64,000 nucleotides of DNA from Alloascoidea hylecoeti (Eukaryota). The stretch is from NCBI GenBank assembly GCA_001600815.1, contig BCKZ01000005.1:557727-621726 (forward strand), given 5' to 3'. A model generated the notes under the pieces. The model worked only from the letters and a program-made list of their open reading frames with translations. It had not been told where the DNA came from and searched no databases. Shown here one piece after another: positions 24,112-36,528 of this stretch (the stretch's first letter is position 1; every line of letters starts with the position of its first letter). Made by a program: the position numbers and the translations under genes.

Positions 24112-25938
24112 TTATGGATTTGTATTTGTTGGTAAAAGAGAAGTATCTCTAGTACTACCTAAAGATTTATCATGAACAACATTTAAATTTTTATTGACTT
24201 CATCATATTTTAAATCATCATCATCATCATTTTTAATTTCAATTGATTCACCTTCTTGTATACCATCAACTGAATCATCATTAAAACTTTCTAATTCTTG
24301 TGGTATTAATAAATTTAATATAACTGCTACAATACCAGCAAGAGCAAAACCAGTTTCCATAACTAATTCAATTGCAGACATAAAACCTTTTAATGATGAA
24401 TTATCACCATCATAAGTAAATACATAACTAAACCAATTTGGAACTAATGTTGCACCAAATCCAAAAACTAATGAAGCAGTTAGAACAAATCGATCTCTTC
24501 TTGTTAATGGAGTTGAACCAATGATACATAGACCTGAAACTGAAACAGAAGTAAATAAAAAAGTTGTCATTCCACCAAGTACTGAACTTGGTATAGCAAC
24601 CAACGCAGCGGCAAATTTTGAAAAAATACCCATTACAATTAAAAAGAAACAACACCAATAGCCAGCCATTCTATTTGCACATTTAGTTAAACTAATAACA
24701 CCATTATTTTGAGCAAAAGTTGAAACAGGAGTTACAGTCATTAAAGCAGCGAGTATACCATTTAAACCATCAGCTAAAACACCACCTTGAATTCTTGAAT
24801 CAAATTCTTTACCTTCAACAGATAATCTTGAAACTTCACAAGTAGCAGTAATATCACCAATTGATTCCATCATTAAAACAATATAAACAGCTAACATTGG
24901 TAATACAGCAGGTCCATAAACACTTAGTTTAAAAGTATGAGTCCACAAGAATGTTGCAGCAGGAGCAGCATCAATACCAGATCTATCAAAATAACCACAA
25001 GCACCAGCAACAATACAACCAACAAGTAAACCACAAATAACAGCACAAGATTTCATTATTGGTGACCCCCATCTTTCACATATAATAATTGTACAATAAA
25101 CTAAAAATCCTAAACCAATAAATTCAGCAGAACCCCATGGTAAAGGTTTTGGAGCATTAATTGTTGGACATAAAGAATATAAACCAGTTTCAGGCATATT
25201 TACACAACTACCACTACCACCAGCCCAATTTTGTAAACCGGTTTTAATTAATTTAACACCAATTAATAAAACAACTGGACCTGTTACAATATGAGGGAAG
25301 ATTTTTTGTAAAATTTTTGAAGGCATAAAAGATAATAAAACTTCAATTAATGCACAACAACATGCAGTACCTAATATTGAACCATAACCATCAGGACAAG
25401 CTAGTTCAGTTGTACCGTCAGAATCATATTTACAAGAACCTGCTTCATACATTTGTGGTAAAGCACCAGTTACAATTGTAATTGTTGCAAAAGAAGTACC
25501 AACAACAGAAACTAAACCAGTACCAATATAATAAGGAGTTTTAAAAATATGAAATCTCGTAATTTGAATCAAAGATAATAAACCAGAAACAAGCAATGAA
25601 GCAGAAACTAAATATTGTGAAGCATCCGAATCTAAATTTGCAGAACTTGCAATTATAATTGGTGGAGTTATAACACCAGCAAGCATTGATAAAGCATGTT
25701 GTAATCCTAATAGAAATCCTAAAAATAAAGGCATTTCATCATTTAAACCAAAAAATGGGGATACTCTTTTTGGTTTTGAATTTTTTTTTGAACGAAATGG
25801 GATTGAAACTGAAGGAATGAAAAGATAGGCATAATCGAAATCACCAAATAAACCATTTTTTGTGGTACATTTTCTCCAAATACGTCCAGGGATTGACGAA
25901 AGTGGTTTTGAATTTGAAGGATTTATGTTTTCAACCAT
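24112..25938 (-). CDS. Uric acid/xanthine permease (NAT/NCS2 family, UapA/UapC-like)
   Basis: First ATG at 25938. LGLQHALSM (the TM1 QH motif), ESIGD, DGLNG, NAT signature FAQNNGVISLTKCANR, about 14 TM segments. Confidence 0.93.
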   Translation of the reverse strand: MVENINPSNSKPLSSIPGRIWRKCTTKNGLFGDFDYAYLFIPSVSIPFRSKKNSKPKRVSPFFGLNDEMPLFLGFLLGLQHALSMLAGVITPPIIIASSANLDSDASQYLVSASLLVSGLLSLIQITRFHIFKTPYYIGTGLVSVVGTSFATITIVTGALPQMYEAGSCKYDSDGTTELACPDGYGSILGTACCCALIEVLLSFMPSKILQKIFPHIVTGPVVLLIGVKLIKTGLQNWAGGSGSCVNMPETGLYSLCPTINAPKPLPWGSAEFIGLGFLVYCTIIICERWGSPIMKSCAVICGLLVGCIVAGACGYFDRSGIDAAPAATFLWTHTFKLSVYGPAVLPMLAVYIVLMMESIGDITATCEVSRLSVEGKEFDSRIQGGVLADGLNGILAALMTVTPVSTFAQNNGVISLTKCANRMAGYWCCFFLIVMGIFSKFAAALVAIPSSVLGGMTTFLFTSVSVSGLCIIGSTPLTRRDRFVLTASLVFGFGATLVPNWFSYVFTYDGDNSSLKGFMSAIELVMETGFALAGIVAVILNLLIPQELESFNDDSVDGIQEGESIEIKNDDDDDLKYDEVNKNLNVVHDKSLGSTRDTSLLPTNTNP

Positions 25939-26379
25939 CTTTTGGAGTTGAATTGGATTGAATTGAAATGAGATGAGAGAAAGAGAGAAATCCAAGCATT
26001 ATAAAGGTTTATAAGATTTACCAACCATCGAAGCTAATAGTGAGTATAAGGTGGGCCGGGGATAAAAAATGCATTATCATACGTCGATAGCTTACTTGGC
26101 ATCAAAGCACTTGCATATTGGAGTTCTTATCGCTCCGAGCCAAGTCCCAGTAGTTTGCGTTTTGTCTGTGTGTGTGGGTGGGTCGCGTGACTTGGCTTTT
26201 GCTACTTATTTGTTTGCTTTTGTTTTCGTTTTCGTTTTCTTCGTTGCTCCAAGACACCATTGACCGAGAAAAATGGCTGCTTTAAACTCTTCACAGTATG
26301 GAGCTTGTATATAACATTAATATGATACCCGTATTTAACAACTCATTTATCTCTTAGAATTAATATTGCAAGTAATCAA

Positions 26380-26790
26380 ATGCATTTGAAAATTGTTCAT
26401 AAACGGAAAAGAGAAATAAAGGTAGACAACGGTAACGTTAATAATATACCGGAGAATCAACATAGTTATAAGCGGAAAAGAGAAATATTACCATCTAATT
26501 TAAATCATCATAATAATAAGTATAACCAGAATAATGATTCCCAAAAACCATCACGAAATTTTCAAGCAAATCAATATTCTTACTGTCAAAACCTTAAAAC
26601 AGTCTCATCGCATTTTTTCAACTCAAATCCTGAACAATCGCATGCACAAAATAGTCATCATCAACAATATAATGTTGGAGATGAAGATGTAATTATGGAA
26701 ATCAATGATGTTGACGATCGTTCCAAGTTTAAGTCTTCGGAAGCTGATGTTGAAGTTGAGGATTACATGTATAATATTTACTTTGTATAA
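26380..26790 (+). CDS. Small hypothetical Asn/Gln-rich protein
   Basis: 136-codon ATG ORF with TATATAA about 70 bp upstream and a duplicated KRKREI motif. No family recognised. Confidence 0.45.
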   Translation: MHLKIVHKRKREIKVDNGNVNNIPENQHSYKRKREILPSNLNHHNNKYNQNNDSQKPSRNFQANQYSYCQNLKTVSSHFFNSNPEQSHAQNSHHQQYNVGDEDVIMEINDVDDRSKFKSSEADVEVEDYMYNIYFV

Positions 26791-28016
26791 TTAAAACTTA
26801 TGCCATATTAATGTGGCTGTATTATCTTACTATTTAATCTAATGAAAGTCATTTGCTATTATATACCTAAACGTTTTGACATGAAATCCAAGATTTATTG
26901 CGATTTGGAAGAAACCACCAACATGTTTAATTTTAATAACAACATTCCAAGAACTAACTATGTCCATTTCAGCTCAATTCGGCTGAATGCTAACTTGTTG
27001 AGAACAATAAAAATTCATAATTATATGTATATAGCTGATTGTAACTGATTCCAACTGATTGTAGACTTATGGCAATGAGGTATCGTTTTCTATTGGATGG
27101 AGGCGTGTGTTCCTCTTTGAAATTATTAGCCAGTGCACCACCAGACCACCAACAACTACAAAACAAATGTGTTACATTCTAGGCTTATAATTATAATTAG
27201 GAACAATTTACAATTGGTTGCGCTGGTCATTCAACTATTTAAATTATCCAAATTGACCAGATTTGTCAACTGCAGTTTGCAATGTTTTGCCAATGTTGCT
27301 ATTTTAATTAACTACATTTAGTTAAATTTTTTTTAGTTAAATTTTTTCTTCAATTAAAAAATGACTAATCTTATATATTTCAGTATTATGATTCTATAAA
27401 AAAACAGCAAATCAATAATAATATAGTAACCTTTTGTAAATGTTATATCGATACTATAAAAGAACTTATATAAAGCATAATTTTTGTTTAGGTTTTAGAC
27501 AGACGCCACCTTAATCTCGGTTAAATCATCAAATTTAAATGTAGTTATAACCAAAATTAAAACATTCTATCAATACTTTTAATAATAAATATCCATTAAA
27601 AGCAATAATAAATAAATAAATTGCAATTGGAAATCGTATAACAATCCCATTAATATTTTTTCTTTTCTTTTCTTTGTGGTTGTTTAAATTTGTTTTGTGT
27701 TGTAGTTTTCAATTGTATGTTTCAAATCGACGTAATTATAATCATAACTCAAAATCATAATTATAAAAATATCATTTTTGTGTTAAGTTGTGTTGTGTTT
27801 TGCAAATAATAAATATATCATGACGGTCTAAATATATATCCTCTATAGTAACCAAATAATCATAATAAATAAAAGATGAATAAAAATATAACATAATACC
27901 AAAAAACAATCGAATCAAATCATATAAATAAATAAATAAAAAATGTTGTAGTAGTAATAATAAAGATGATGCAAAGTTTAGTTTCCCGAAGAAACTTGTA
28001 TAACTTTTGGCTTGGT

Positions 28017-28349
28017 TTAATTTGGTCCTCTAAGAATGAGAGAAGATGATGAAAAAGTTGGTAAACTATCATCAACGGCAGTTAAGAAACCTTGACCAGG
28101 AGCATGAAGAACAACTTTTTTATGAGAAGAAGGACCTCTAAGAAAAGTTTCACCACTTGAAAAAGTACCAAGAGCAGCAGCTAAATCAACAAAACTTGAT
28201 TGACCGGGTGCGTATAGAATACTTGAAGAGTCAGATCTAGTTGATACCAAAGATAAAGAAGACATTCCAATAAATGAGTCTTTTCTTGCACCAAGTAATG
28301 GACTTGAAGTAAGTGAAGAGATTGCAGAACCAGCGTTTGAATAAGACAT
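28017..28349 (-). CDS. Small Ser-rich protein (110 aa) with a two-copy internal repeat
   Basis: ATG at 28349 in an A-rich context, TATATAAA about 130 bp upstream, strongly T/A-ending codons. Repeats are ILYAPGQ...LGTFSS...LRGP and VLHAPGQ...LPTFSS...LRGP. Confidence 0.7.
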   Translation of the reverse strand: MSYSNAGSAISSLTSSPLLGARKDSFIGMSSLSLVSTRSDSSSILYAPGQSSFVDLAAALGTFSSGETFLRGPSSHKKVVLHAPGQGFLTAVDDSLPTFSSSSLILRGPN

Positions 28350-29657
28350 TGTATTTGAATTCGGTGATAAAGTATAATCGATTGAAAATAGATCTTTTCT
28401 GTGTAAGAAACTTGAGTAAATCTTTAAAGAGATGAAGGTAGTGAAGAAGAAGTAAAAAAAAGAGAGGGAAATCATGTTTATATAGACTTTTAAATTTTAT
28501 TGACCTTGAGAAAGTGTGTATATGAAAGGTTATAATACATATTATTTATATGCAATTGCAACATAGGAACCTGCTGTTGACATTTTAATTTAATTTTAAT
28601 TAATTAGTTATTATAAGTTTAGCCGAGGCGCTGCCGTACCTATTAATAAATCTTTAATGTCATCGCTATTATAATTACGGAGATGACTTGTTTTTGTGTA
28701 GTAAATGACCAAAAATGGTACATGTCCATGCTAATTTTACATGAAGTATCTTCATATGCTTGAATTGTCACATTCTAAACACTTCTAAGCATTTTCAAAA
28801 CATAACAAAAAGAGCATTTACAAAAAGATTCTAAAGACAGCATTCCGAAATGTTCCATCCGTTTGTTTGAGAGCTATAGCTTTATTAAAGGTCATGAGAT
28901 AGAATGATAATATATATTATTTACCCCCACTAGACCCTTAAGCCTTACGCTTGGCCTTTTCACAATGCCTTTTTACAATGCCTTTTTATATCACGAAGAA
29001 TCCCGAACTTATCAGAGCACTAATAGCATGATTTAGCCATAATCAAACATAATGGGAACATTCGGGATACTTCCTGCTTAATTATAATCAAGTATCCTAA
29101 TCCTACTAGTTGTTACCTTTACCCGATGGTATTCAATTGATGTTGATGTAACGATAGTTCATGTCAAAATCAACCAACCACCAACCAACCAACCAACCAA
29201 CTCTAACATAAAAATAATCAATTGGTTTTATATACCCAAAACAGAAAGTTTGTAAATTTGAAATCATTTTTGAAGTGCTTTATTTAAATAAAGTACCGCC
29301 ATCGTAGTATGACACTATCACAGTATGACATAATATTACGTAGCTACAGTATGATTGATTATCATCTGAAAGGACCAAAGGGTCAAAGGATAATGGGAAG
29401 GATAGAACTTTGCGGAAGTGTCACTTTCCGTCATTCGGCTGTTGCGATTCGGCTACTGCCATGCCATTTGGTTGCTGATTGTGTCCGCTGTCCAGGGCCA
29501 GGCATATAATGTTTGTTGTTTGGAGGTAAAACTTACCCTGCCTTGATAAATTCCTTCTCATAATTTTACATAGTTAACAGTTTATATTTTATAACCAAAT
29601 CAGATATCAAATCAAAACAAAACAAGATTAAAATATTTATAATCTTTATATTCTCAA

Positions 29658-30677
29658 ATGGATTTATCATCTCTGTCATCTGGTTTACCAGCCTCAACAA
29701 AAATTAATAGGAAAGATTTATCAAAATTAGATATATCAATAGCATCAGAATTTAAAGATGCAGCAAAATCAGTTGCTTCATTATATAGATTATCATCATC
29801 AAAAACAGAACTTATTAAAAATTTAGGATATCTTGAATGTATTGATGATTTAATAAATTTATTAAAAATTGGTGGGAATCCTATTGAATGGGCAATTAAT
29901 ATTAAAAAAGATTTAGATGATGATTATAAAGTTGATGATTATGAAAAAGATATTGATTTTTTTAAAAAATTAACAACCACAACTGATAAAGAGAAAGAGA
30001 AGGAACAACAACAACAACAACAACAAGAAGAAGAAGAAGAGGATATAATTATTCCAGCAGAAACACCAAATAATGACGATAATAATAAAGAAAATAAAGA
30101 TGAAGAAATATCTAATATTAATATCAAATCTTCTATTCCAAGTTGTGAATCTGATGATTCAAATTCATTTTCATCATCGCATTTATTTCAAGTTCCAAGA
30201 CTTTCAACATTTAGATTTAAATCTCCAACAAATTTAAATGGTTTATCATCACCTTTTCATAATCATAATAACAATCATAATATTAATAGTTCAATAAATG
30301 TTTTTAAACAAAATAATAATAAACGAATAGCGCGACAAAGATTACCATCTGTTAATAATACTAATAACACTCCCAATAATAATATGAATAACAATATGAG
30401 TAACAATAACAATATTAACAATAATAACGATTTTAAATTTAATGCTGATAATATGGCAAATACAATATCATTATTAACAAATGATTCACATTTTTATAAT
30501 CCTCAAAACACTATTGAAGAAACAATACCCATTTATCATAATAGAAATACTGATAATATTGATAATAATACTCGGGAACGGGATCGAGAACGAGAAAGAG
30601 AACGTGAAGAAAGTATTGTCAGTTATAAACGCCGACTTAATAATACAGATATAAACAAACGGCATCGATTTAAATGA
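29658..30677 (+). CDS. YJR056C-like / HAPSTR1(TAPR1)-family protein
   Basis: N-terminal MDLSSLSSGLP...EFKDAAKSVASLYR...GYLECIDDL motif, followed by low-complexity Q/E/N tracts and a C-terminal basic NLS-like end. Confidence 0.7.
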   Translation: MDLSSLSSGLPASTKINRKDLSKLDISIASEFKDAAKSVASLYRLSSSKTELIKNLGYLECIDDLINLLKIGGNPIEWAINIKKDLDDDYKVDDYEKDIDFFKKLTTTTDKEKEKEQQQQQQQEEEEEDIIIPAETPNNDDNNKENKDEEISNINIKSSIPSCESDDSNSFSSSHLFQVPRLSTFRFKSPTNLNGLSSPFHNHNNNHNINSSINVFKQNNNKRIARQRLPSVNNTNNTPNNNMNNNMSNNNNINNNNDFKFNADNMANTISLLTNDSHFYNPQNTIEETIPIYHNRNTDNIDNNTRERDREREREREESIVSYKRRLNNTDINKRHRFK

Positions 30678-31427
30678 AATTATTCATGATTTAGAAAGTT
30701 AAAAAGTGTACTATGAATTTGAATTTTCTCTAAGGATTAGCAAAATTTAAATGTTGGTGCTATTATCGATAATTGTTTAAATTTACAAAGTATCGAATGA
30801 TTAGCATTAAATATATTGAGAAATGTTATTTATCTCAAAGTAATACGTATAGTACTGCATAGATTTTTGATGTTATAATTATGTAATTGACATTAATATT
30901 TCAAATAATCATATTTCATATTTCATTTTTTTTCACATTCTTATCCAAACAAAACGTGCTCAAGGTATTATATAATTAAACATTATTAATTACAACCATA
31001 CAGCATTTCTTCCTGTAATTGTTTATTTCCACATAGACATAATTGAAAAATTTTCAAATATAAGTTATATTTCAAACAAATATATCCTAATCTTAGCAAA
31101 AATCAATTGATATAATATAAAGCATGCACCATCAGTTGTTGTTACAGATCTGAATTTTAAACCCTGAAAAATCAATCAAACGATAACATTTTTGACATAC
31201 GTAATTTATACCATGGTCAGACGTTTCCTCGGCTACAGTACAAACTGTCACGCCCGGGTAAGTCACAGCACAGGCCGAGTGCCCATTTGTGATTGGCGGA
31301 AATGTGCTGTTTACATTTTACAATTATAATTAAAAGCACTTCGCATTTTCGCATTTTGGTCTGATTTGTTTTAATTATTTTCCACTTTCTTTTACCTTTT
31401 TAATAAATTCTTTAACAAATAAATAAA

Positions 31428-32386
31428 ATGACGGTTGCGCCCAGAGTTTTGGGTTTGGGACTACTCCATTTGTTGTTCCTGGCTGCGTATGTATTCATCC
31501 TCACCCTCGCCCTCGCCCTCGCCCACCGCCCACCGCCCACCCACGCTAACACTCTTTTAGGGCTACTTTATTTCTACTGTTCATTGTCTTTTCCGGGGCC
31601 ATCGATAACTCAGCCATCAACAAATGGTACTGGATTCAGGTCAACACAAACGGAATCCCAAACGCAGAAAGCTACTCCCGTTGGACGTTTTGGGGAATAT
31701 GTTCCTCATCAGACGGTTCCAACTATTCGTGTGATAACCTCAGACCGGATTTCCCTTTCTCTCCACAGGATAACTTCAATACTACCGACATTCCTTCATC
31801 TTTTGTTAACAACAGAGATACTTATTATTACCTAACAAGATTCTCTTTCCCATGCTATATAATTGCCTTGGCATTTGTCGCATTTTCCTTCATTCTATCA
31901 ATATTCTCCTCTTGTTTTCAAGCCGCCAGAATCATTGTTGTTGGCTTCACCGCCCTTGGACTCCTTTTCTCCGCGGCTGCTGCTTGTTTTAACACCGCCG
32001 CCTACACCATGGGTAAAAATGCTTTCAACAAACATGACCATCATGCAAAATTAGGCCCTTCATTATTTGGGTTCGCCTGGGCAACTGTTGCTTTATTACT
32101 ATTAATTGTCTTCACATCCTGTTGTTCCGGATTTGTCGGTTCGATTAAAAATCGTAAACGTTTTATTGATGAACAAAAAAATAATCAAAATGATTTAGAA
32201 ACAGGATCTGATAGAAGACCTTTTTTCCGTAGATATCATCATAATAATCAAAGCTCCGAACTTGCCGATGAACCAGTTATTAATTACAATCTACAAGATC
32301 CATCTGCAAGGAATAATACTCAAACAAGTTCTGGTAGTGGTATAAGATTTTTTAAAGTACGAGGTAAAAGAGATGGTTCTCAATAA
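31428..32386 (+). CDS. SUR7: SUR7/PalI-family eisosome (MCC) tetraspan protein; exons 31428-31486, 31561-32386
   Basis: GTATGT donor at 31487, GCTAAC branch, TAG ending at 31560. Spliced protein has WYWIQVNTNGIPNA..SRWTFWGIC, FPFSPQDNF and LGPSLFGFAW, and is in frame with ORF 31868-32386. Confidence 0.85.
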
Positions 32387-33403
32387 TATTTTTAAAAAAA
32401 AATTGTTTCAAAAATTTCAAATCAAATAATGTTTCAAAATGAAATATATATTTATTAATGCCTTATCATTTTGGATTGATTTCCATTTTGTTTATGTTTA
32501 TTCACCAAATAACCGATTCAATCAATTATAACGCACTCAATCTAAAATTTAAAATGTCTTCAAGTACAAAATTCAAATTCAAATACAAATACATACAATT
32601 CCAAAATACAAACAATCAAAATTTATATCACCTTAAACGACAATTGATAGATCTAATCTATCTAAAATTTGATATTGTTTGTCTATCACAACCCAACTAA
32701 TAAACATGACTGACTGACCCCAATTAAACTTTTTTTTTTTTCTTTTTGTTTTTCTTTGTTTTACTTCTTTAATGTATCTTTATAAATAAAACCTTTTCTA
32801 CTTAATATCGTTTAATATTTAACCTTAACCTTTCCCTTTCTCTCTCTTTCGATCTGTTCATCTTAATACTATGATATATGTTAATAATTAAATATATCTT
32901 TGTTTTGTTTTAATATATGTTGGTTATGTAATGAATTTAAAATCTATTTCAAAATTATAAATAAATGACACTTTCATTAATATAAGGTTTGTTAACGTTT
33001 CTATACTTAATCTTCAAAAGATACATATATTGACAATTGTAATTACAAACCTATATTTACTGTACAGTATGTATGCTGATGTTTATCTTTTTGAGTTTCT
33101 CTATTTTAGGTCCCTCATTTACAAAATTGTTATACAATCAAATGATTAGATTTCAACTCTTTCTTCTTGAATATATATCTTTTAATGCATTATTAATATT
33201 TACTTATAACTAATTTAAGAATTAAAGTAATTTGTTAATGTAGATAAGATAAAATGGGAAACAATAAATCAGTTACATCTAGAAATTCGCTAAGGCAATG
33301 GATGAAGTATCAACAAGACTTGAAGTCCTTGAAAACAAGTTTGAATCGATCAATTGAAATGTTCAATATCAGGAATCAGGATATCTGTAACATGTTTAAA
33401 ATC

Positions 33404-34170
33404 TTAATAGGTATGAATAATATTAATAAAACTGATATTAATAAAGATATTACGGAGAGTAGTCTTGGCTATACGAACGAAAAGTATAACTTTAGCATAT
33501 ACAGTAGAATATTGGTGGAAAGATTCCCCAGGTATAGAATAACATTTAAAGGCACAGAATTTAATTATACAATGAAAAGAAATCTTTTGTTGATTAAATC
33601 TTGAATGTGGATTTCCAAGTTTCTGATCCTCATCTTTTTCCAATACTGAAGAACCTAAATATGGGTATATAGAACCAATTTTGTATGTATATGCATGATC
33701 GAATTCATCAGGGAATCCTTGTTTTTCCATGAGATCTCCAAAATAACCAGGAAATGGAATCTCTTCGTACACCAACAATAATATCTTCATCAAAATTTGC
33801 CCATATTCTTCGAAGTTTTTCAGATGAGAAGCCAACATCTACCAATCATACCATTTAGCTCTCGGTGATTGTGATATCAAAGATGGGAAATTAATCAAAG
33901 AAAGAGCAATCTATCCGCATCGAAAACAAACAGAGTTCCTTCGTTGACAGGTTCCACCATCCATATCACTTGGCCCATGTTGTGGTAGATTGAAAAAATA
34001 TCGATCAGGGGATCCCTTGATGTGATCGCTCATAGTATCACGCCGGAAGTTTTGTTAATTCCGTAGAGTGATCCATCCAAGTTAGCTGAGAGGCAAACGT
34101 CGTACAACACCTGCAAATAACCAGAATAAAGAATAGGATCGAGAACTAAAGAGCTTTACGAATTCAACAT
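33404..34170 (-). pseudogene. Decayed fragment resembling the IRE1 ER-luminal domain
   Basis: One frame from ATG 34170 reads VCLSANLDGSLYGINKTSGVIL*AITSRDPLIDI...WMVEPVNEGTLFVFD, then a frameshift to INFPSLISQSP. This is collinear with the Ire1 luminal motifs xDGxLHAVxxxxGxxxW, xxEPxxDGxxY and LVxxSP. It has in-frame stops and no TM, kinase or RNase part. Confidence 0.65.
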
Positions 34171-35292
34171 GGAGGGTAACTCAAATATCCAGAAAGAGAA
34201 TAAGGTTTTATAAGGAAAAAAAATTATACCTAGGTTTAATCTATAATCTAGGTTTAATCTATTCATTATCACTTATCCTTCATAATCTTGTTAAACCAGA
34301 AACAATAAACTTATTGACTAAAGCCAATGATTTAAAATTAATTGTTTATTATTTGATTTATCTTCATTAAATTGTGGTTTTTTTTAATACTGAAAGATTA
34401 ATAACAATTTTATAAAATGATTTCCAATTGTTCATTGTAATAAAACCATCACAAAATAATTGAATTATCATATAAATCACCAGAAATAAAAGCAATATTC
34501 CGACTATCACCAAAATTTGATCCATATCTATTTTATAAACTTTGTAAATTTTCAATTGTCATTAAATGAATTTAAGATTCTGTTGTGATTATTGTAAATG
34601 ATATTGAATTATCATCACTTGTTATTTTACCAGTATTTAGATTAATCAATTCAATAATTAATAACTCTAATGGTGTTAAAACTCTACTTTTGTAAAAAAT
34701 CAGAATTTGAATTCAAAGCTTTTGCTTCAATTGATGTATTTGAATTTTTGGTGGTGCAATTAAAAACTTCACCGTTGCCAAGTTTATATAAATAAAAATT
34801 CGTATTTAATCGACATAATTTTAAAGGTTCATTACTATGATTAATTTAAATTTTTTTAGAAGTTTTATTTGTTTTAATATCTGTTGATGATAATGCTTCA
34901 ACTGATAAATCAATAATTGCATTTAATTCTAAGAATGAATTAGCTTGAAAATCATTTGGGCAAAAATTTTCAATTGATTTCAAAGGCCGACTTCATGAAG
35001 GCATTAATTCATGCATATGACACTAATCTAAAAAGTAATCGTATAACTAAGAACTTGCGTAAAAACCAGCATTTAACCATTTTAAGGAAAATGTTTGGCC
35101 ATTTAAAAGTTTCGAAGATGTTCAATATTATGTATTTGAGACCAGTTTTATATTTTTATTTTTTTTCATCCTAATATAAAAAGAGAACCACTTCATGTAA
35201 CTTCTACAAGCAATTAAGTAACTATTCATCATATATTAAAAACGGCATTCTTTTACCAACCTTGATTCACACACACTAGTACTTAAGCGACA

Positions 35293-35576
35293 ATGAATCT
35301 TGAGACTAGAATCGATTTTGTTGATTATTTCCCTTATGAAATAAATAATTTAATCTTCAGATAATTATCACAAAAAACTTTACATCAGAAATATCTAAAT
35401 TATGGAAACAAACAGCTAAAAATGATGATATATCGATATCAAAATTTAAGGGTCAAAAATATTGGAAATACTATAATGAAGATTCAGAGACTTATTCATG
35501 GCATGAATTATATAAAGAGCGTTATCTTTTAGAATTGAATTGGAAAAAAGGTTATTTTACACATAATATAAGGTGA
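35293..35576 (+). pseudogene. F-box (Cdc4/Met30-type) gene fragment
   Basis: MNLETRIDFVDYFPYEINNLIFR*LSQKTL, frameshift, then ISKLWKQTAKNDDI...SWHELYKERYLLELNWKKG. This is an F-box motif plus the WxxxYxxRxxxxxNWxxG linker that precedes WD40 repeats. Stop at 35362-35364; no WD40 part follows. Confidence 0.7.
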
Positions 35577-36528
35577 GAGGGGGACCACGGACTAATTCGC
35601 ACTTTTCAAAAAAATATAGACTTATTTATCGATATGTAGATTATCAAGTGGAGAATTAGAAAATGCCTTCGCCAGGGACTCTAATATTCCAGCTCTTCTC
35701 ATAGTTAGACTAGTACTAATGTACTTTTTTAGTCTAGAAATTGATTTTTTTTTTTATCATTTCCTTTACTAAACCTTCCGTAATACAAGGAGCGATTAAA
35801 TCGATTATCGTAACAATCGTTAAGTCCCTTGACAAAAATTTTATCATATTTTCAGGTAAATAACTGATCATGTTGTGACTTTATAAGCGAGTAAAATCCT
35901 TCTAATGCATTGTACCGGTATACGAGGAACATTACCACTTAAGCTTAATATAAGCGAAATATTCATATCCCTAACTATTTTTTTGAATGTAAATTAAAAC
36001 AAAAATTGATATCATCTTCATATACCTATATATAAGTTTTAAAATTATCAACAAATTTAATAAACAATGAAAACATATAAACAATTGCAATATATCAAGC
36101 ATAATGTTGATTGTAATAAAAAGAATGAGTAAACTAGAAAAATAAACACCTGCAATTATTTCTTCAACAATATTGTTAAAATAAATAGCTGTAGCTATAG
36201 GTGAAGTATCATTTTATAAACTCTAAGCCCACTATATTCTAAATATGAGGGTGACTAAATGTTATATAATGTTAATAACGGTCATAATATTGGAATAATA
36301 ATCATAAGAAAAAAAAAAAAAATTTAAAATTAGGATATAAGGTTATATTATATCTGTTCAAACATAAGAATAAAAATAATAAATTGAAAAAGTCATAAAT
36401 GCTAACCAGTATAGTTCATAAATTTCTTTTTTAAAAATTGGATACACAACATCTTCAACGACTTTATATGATAATAGTGTGTTAAAAGTAATAACAATAA
36501 TAAAAAAATGTTTCATAATGAAATATCA

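Noticed and set aside
31428..31835. 135-aa ORF as an independent gene
   Set aside because: It is the unspliced read-through of SUR7 exon 1 into its intron.
33254..33604. 116-aa plus-strand ORF
   Set aside because: Overlaps the decayed minus-strand region and has no recognisable motifs.
34350..35174. Short ORFs in very AT-rich DNA, possibly another decayed gene
   Set aside because: No identifiable motif; cannot be supported.
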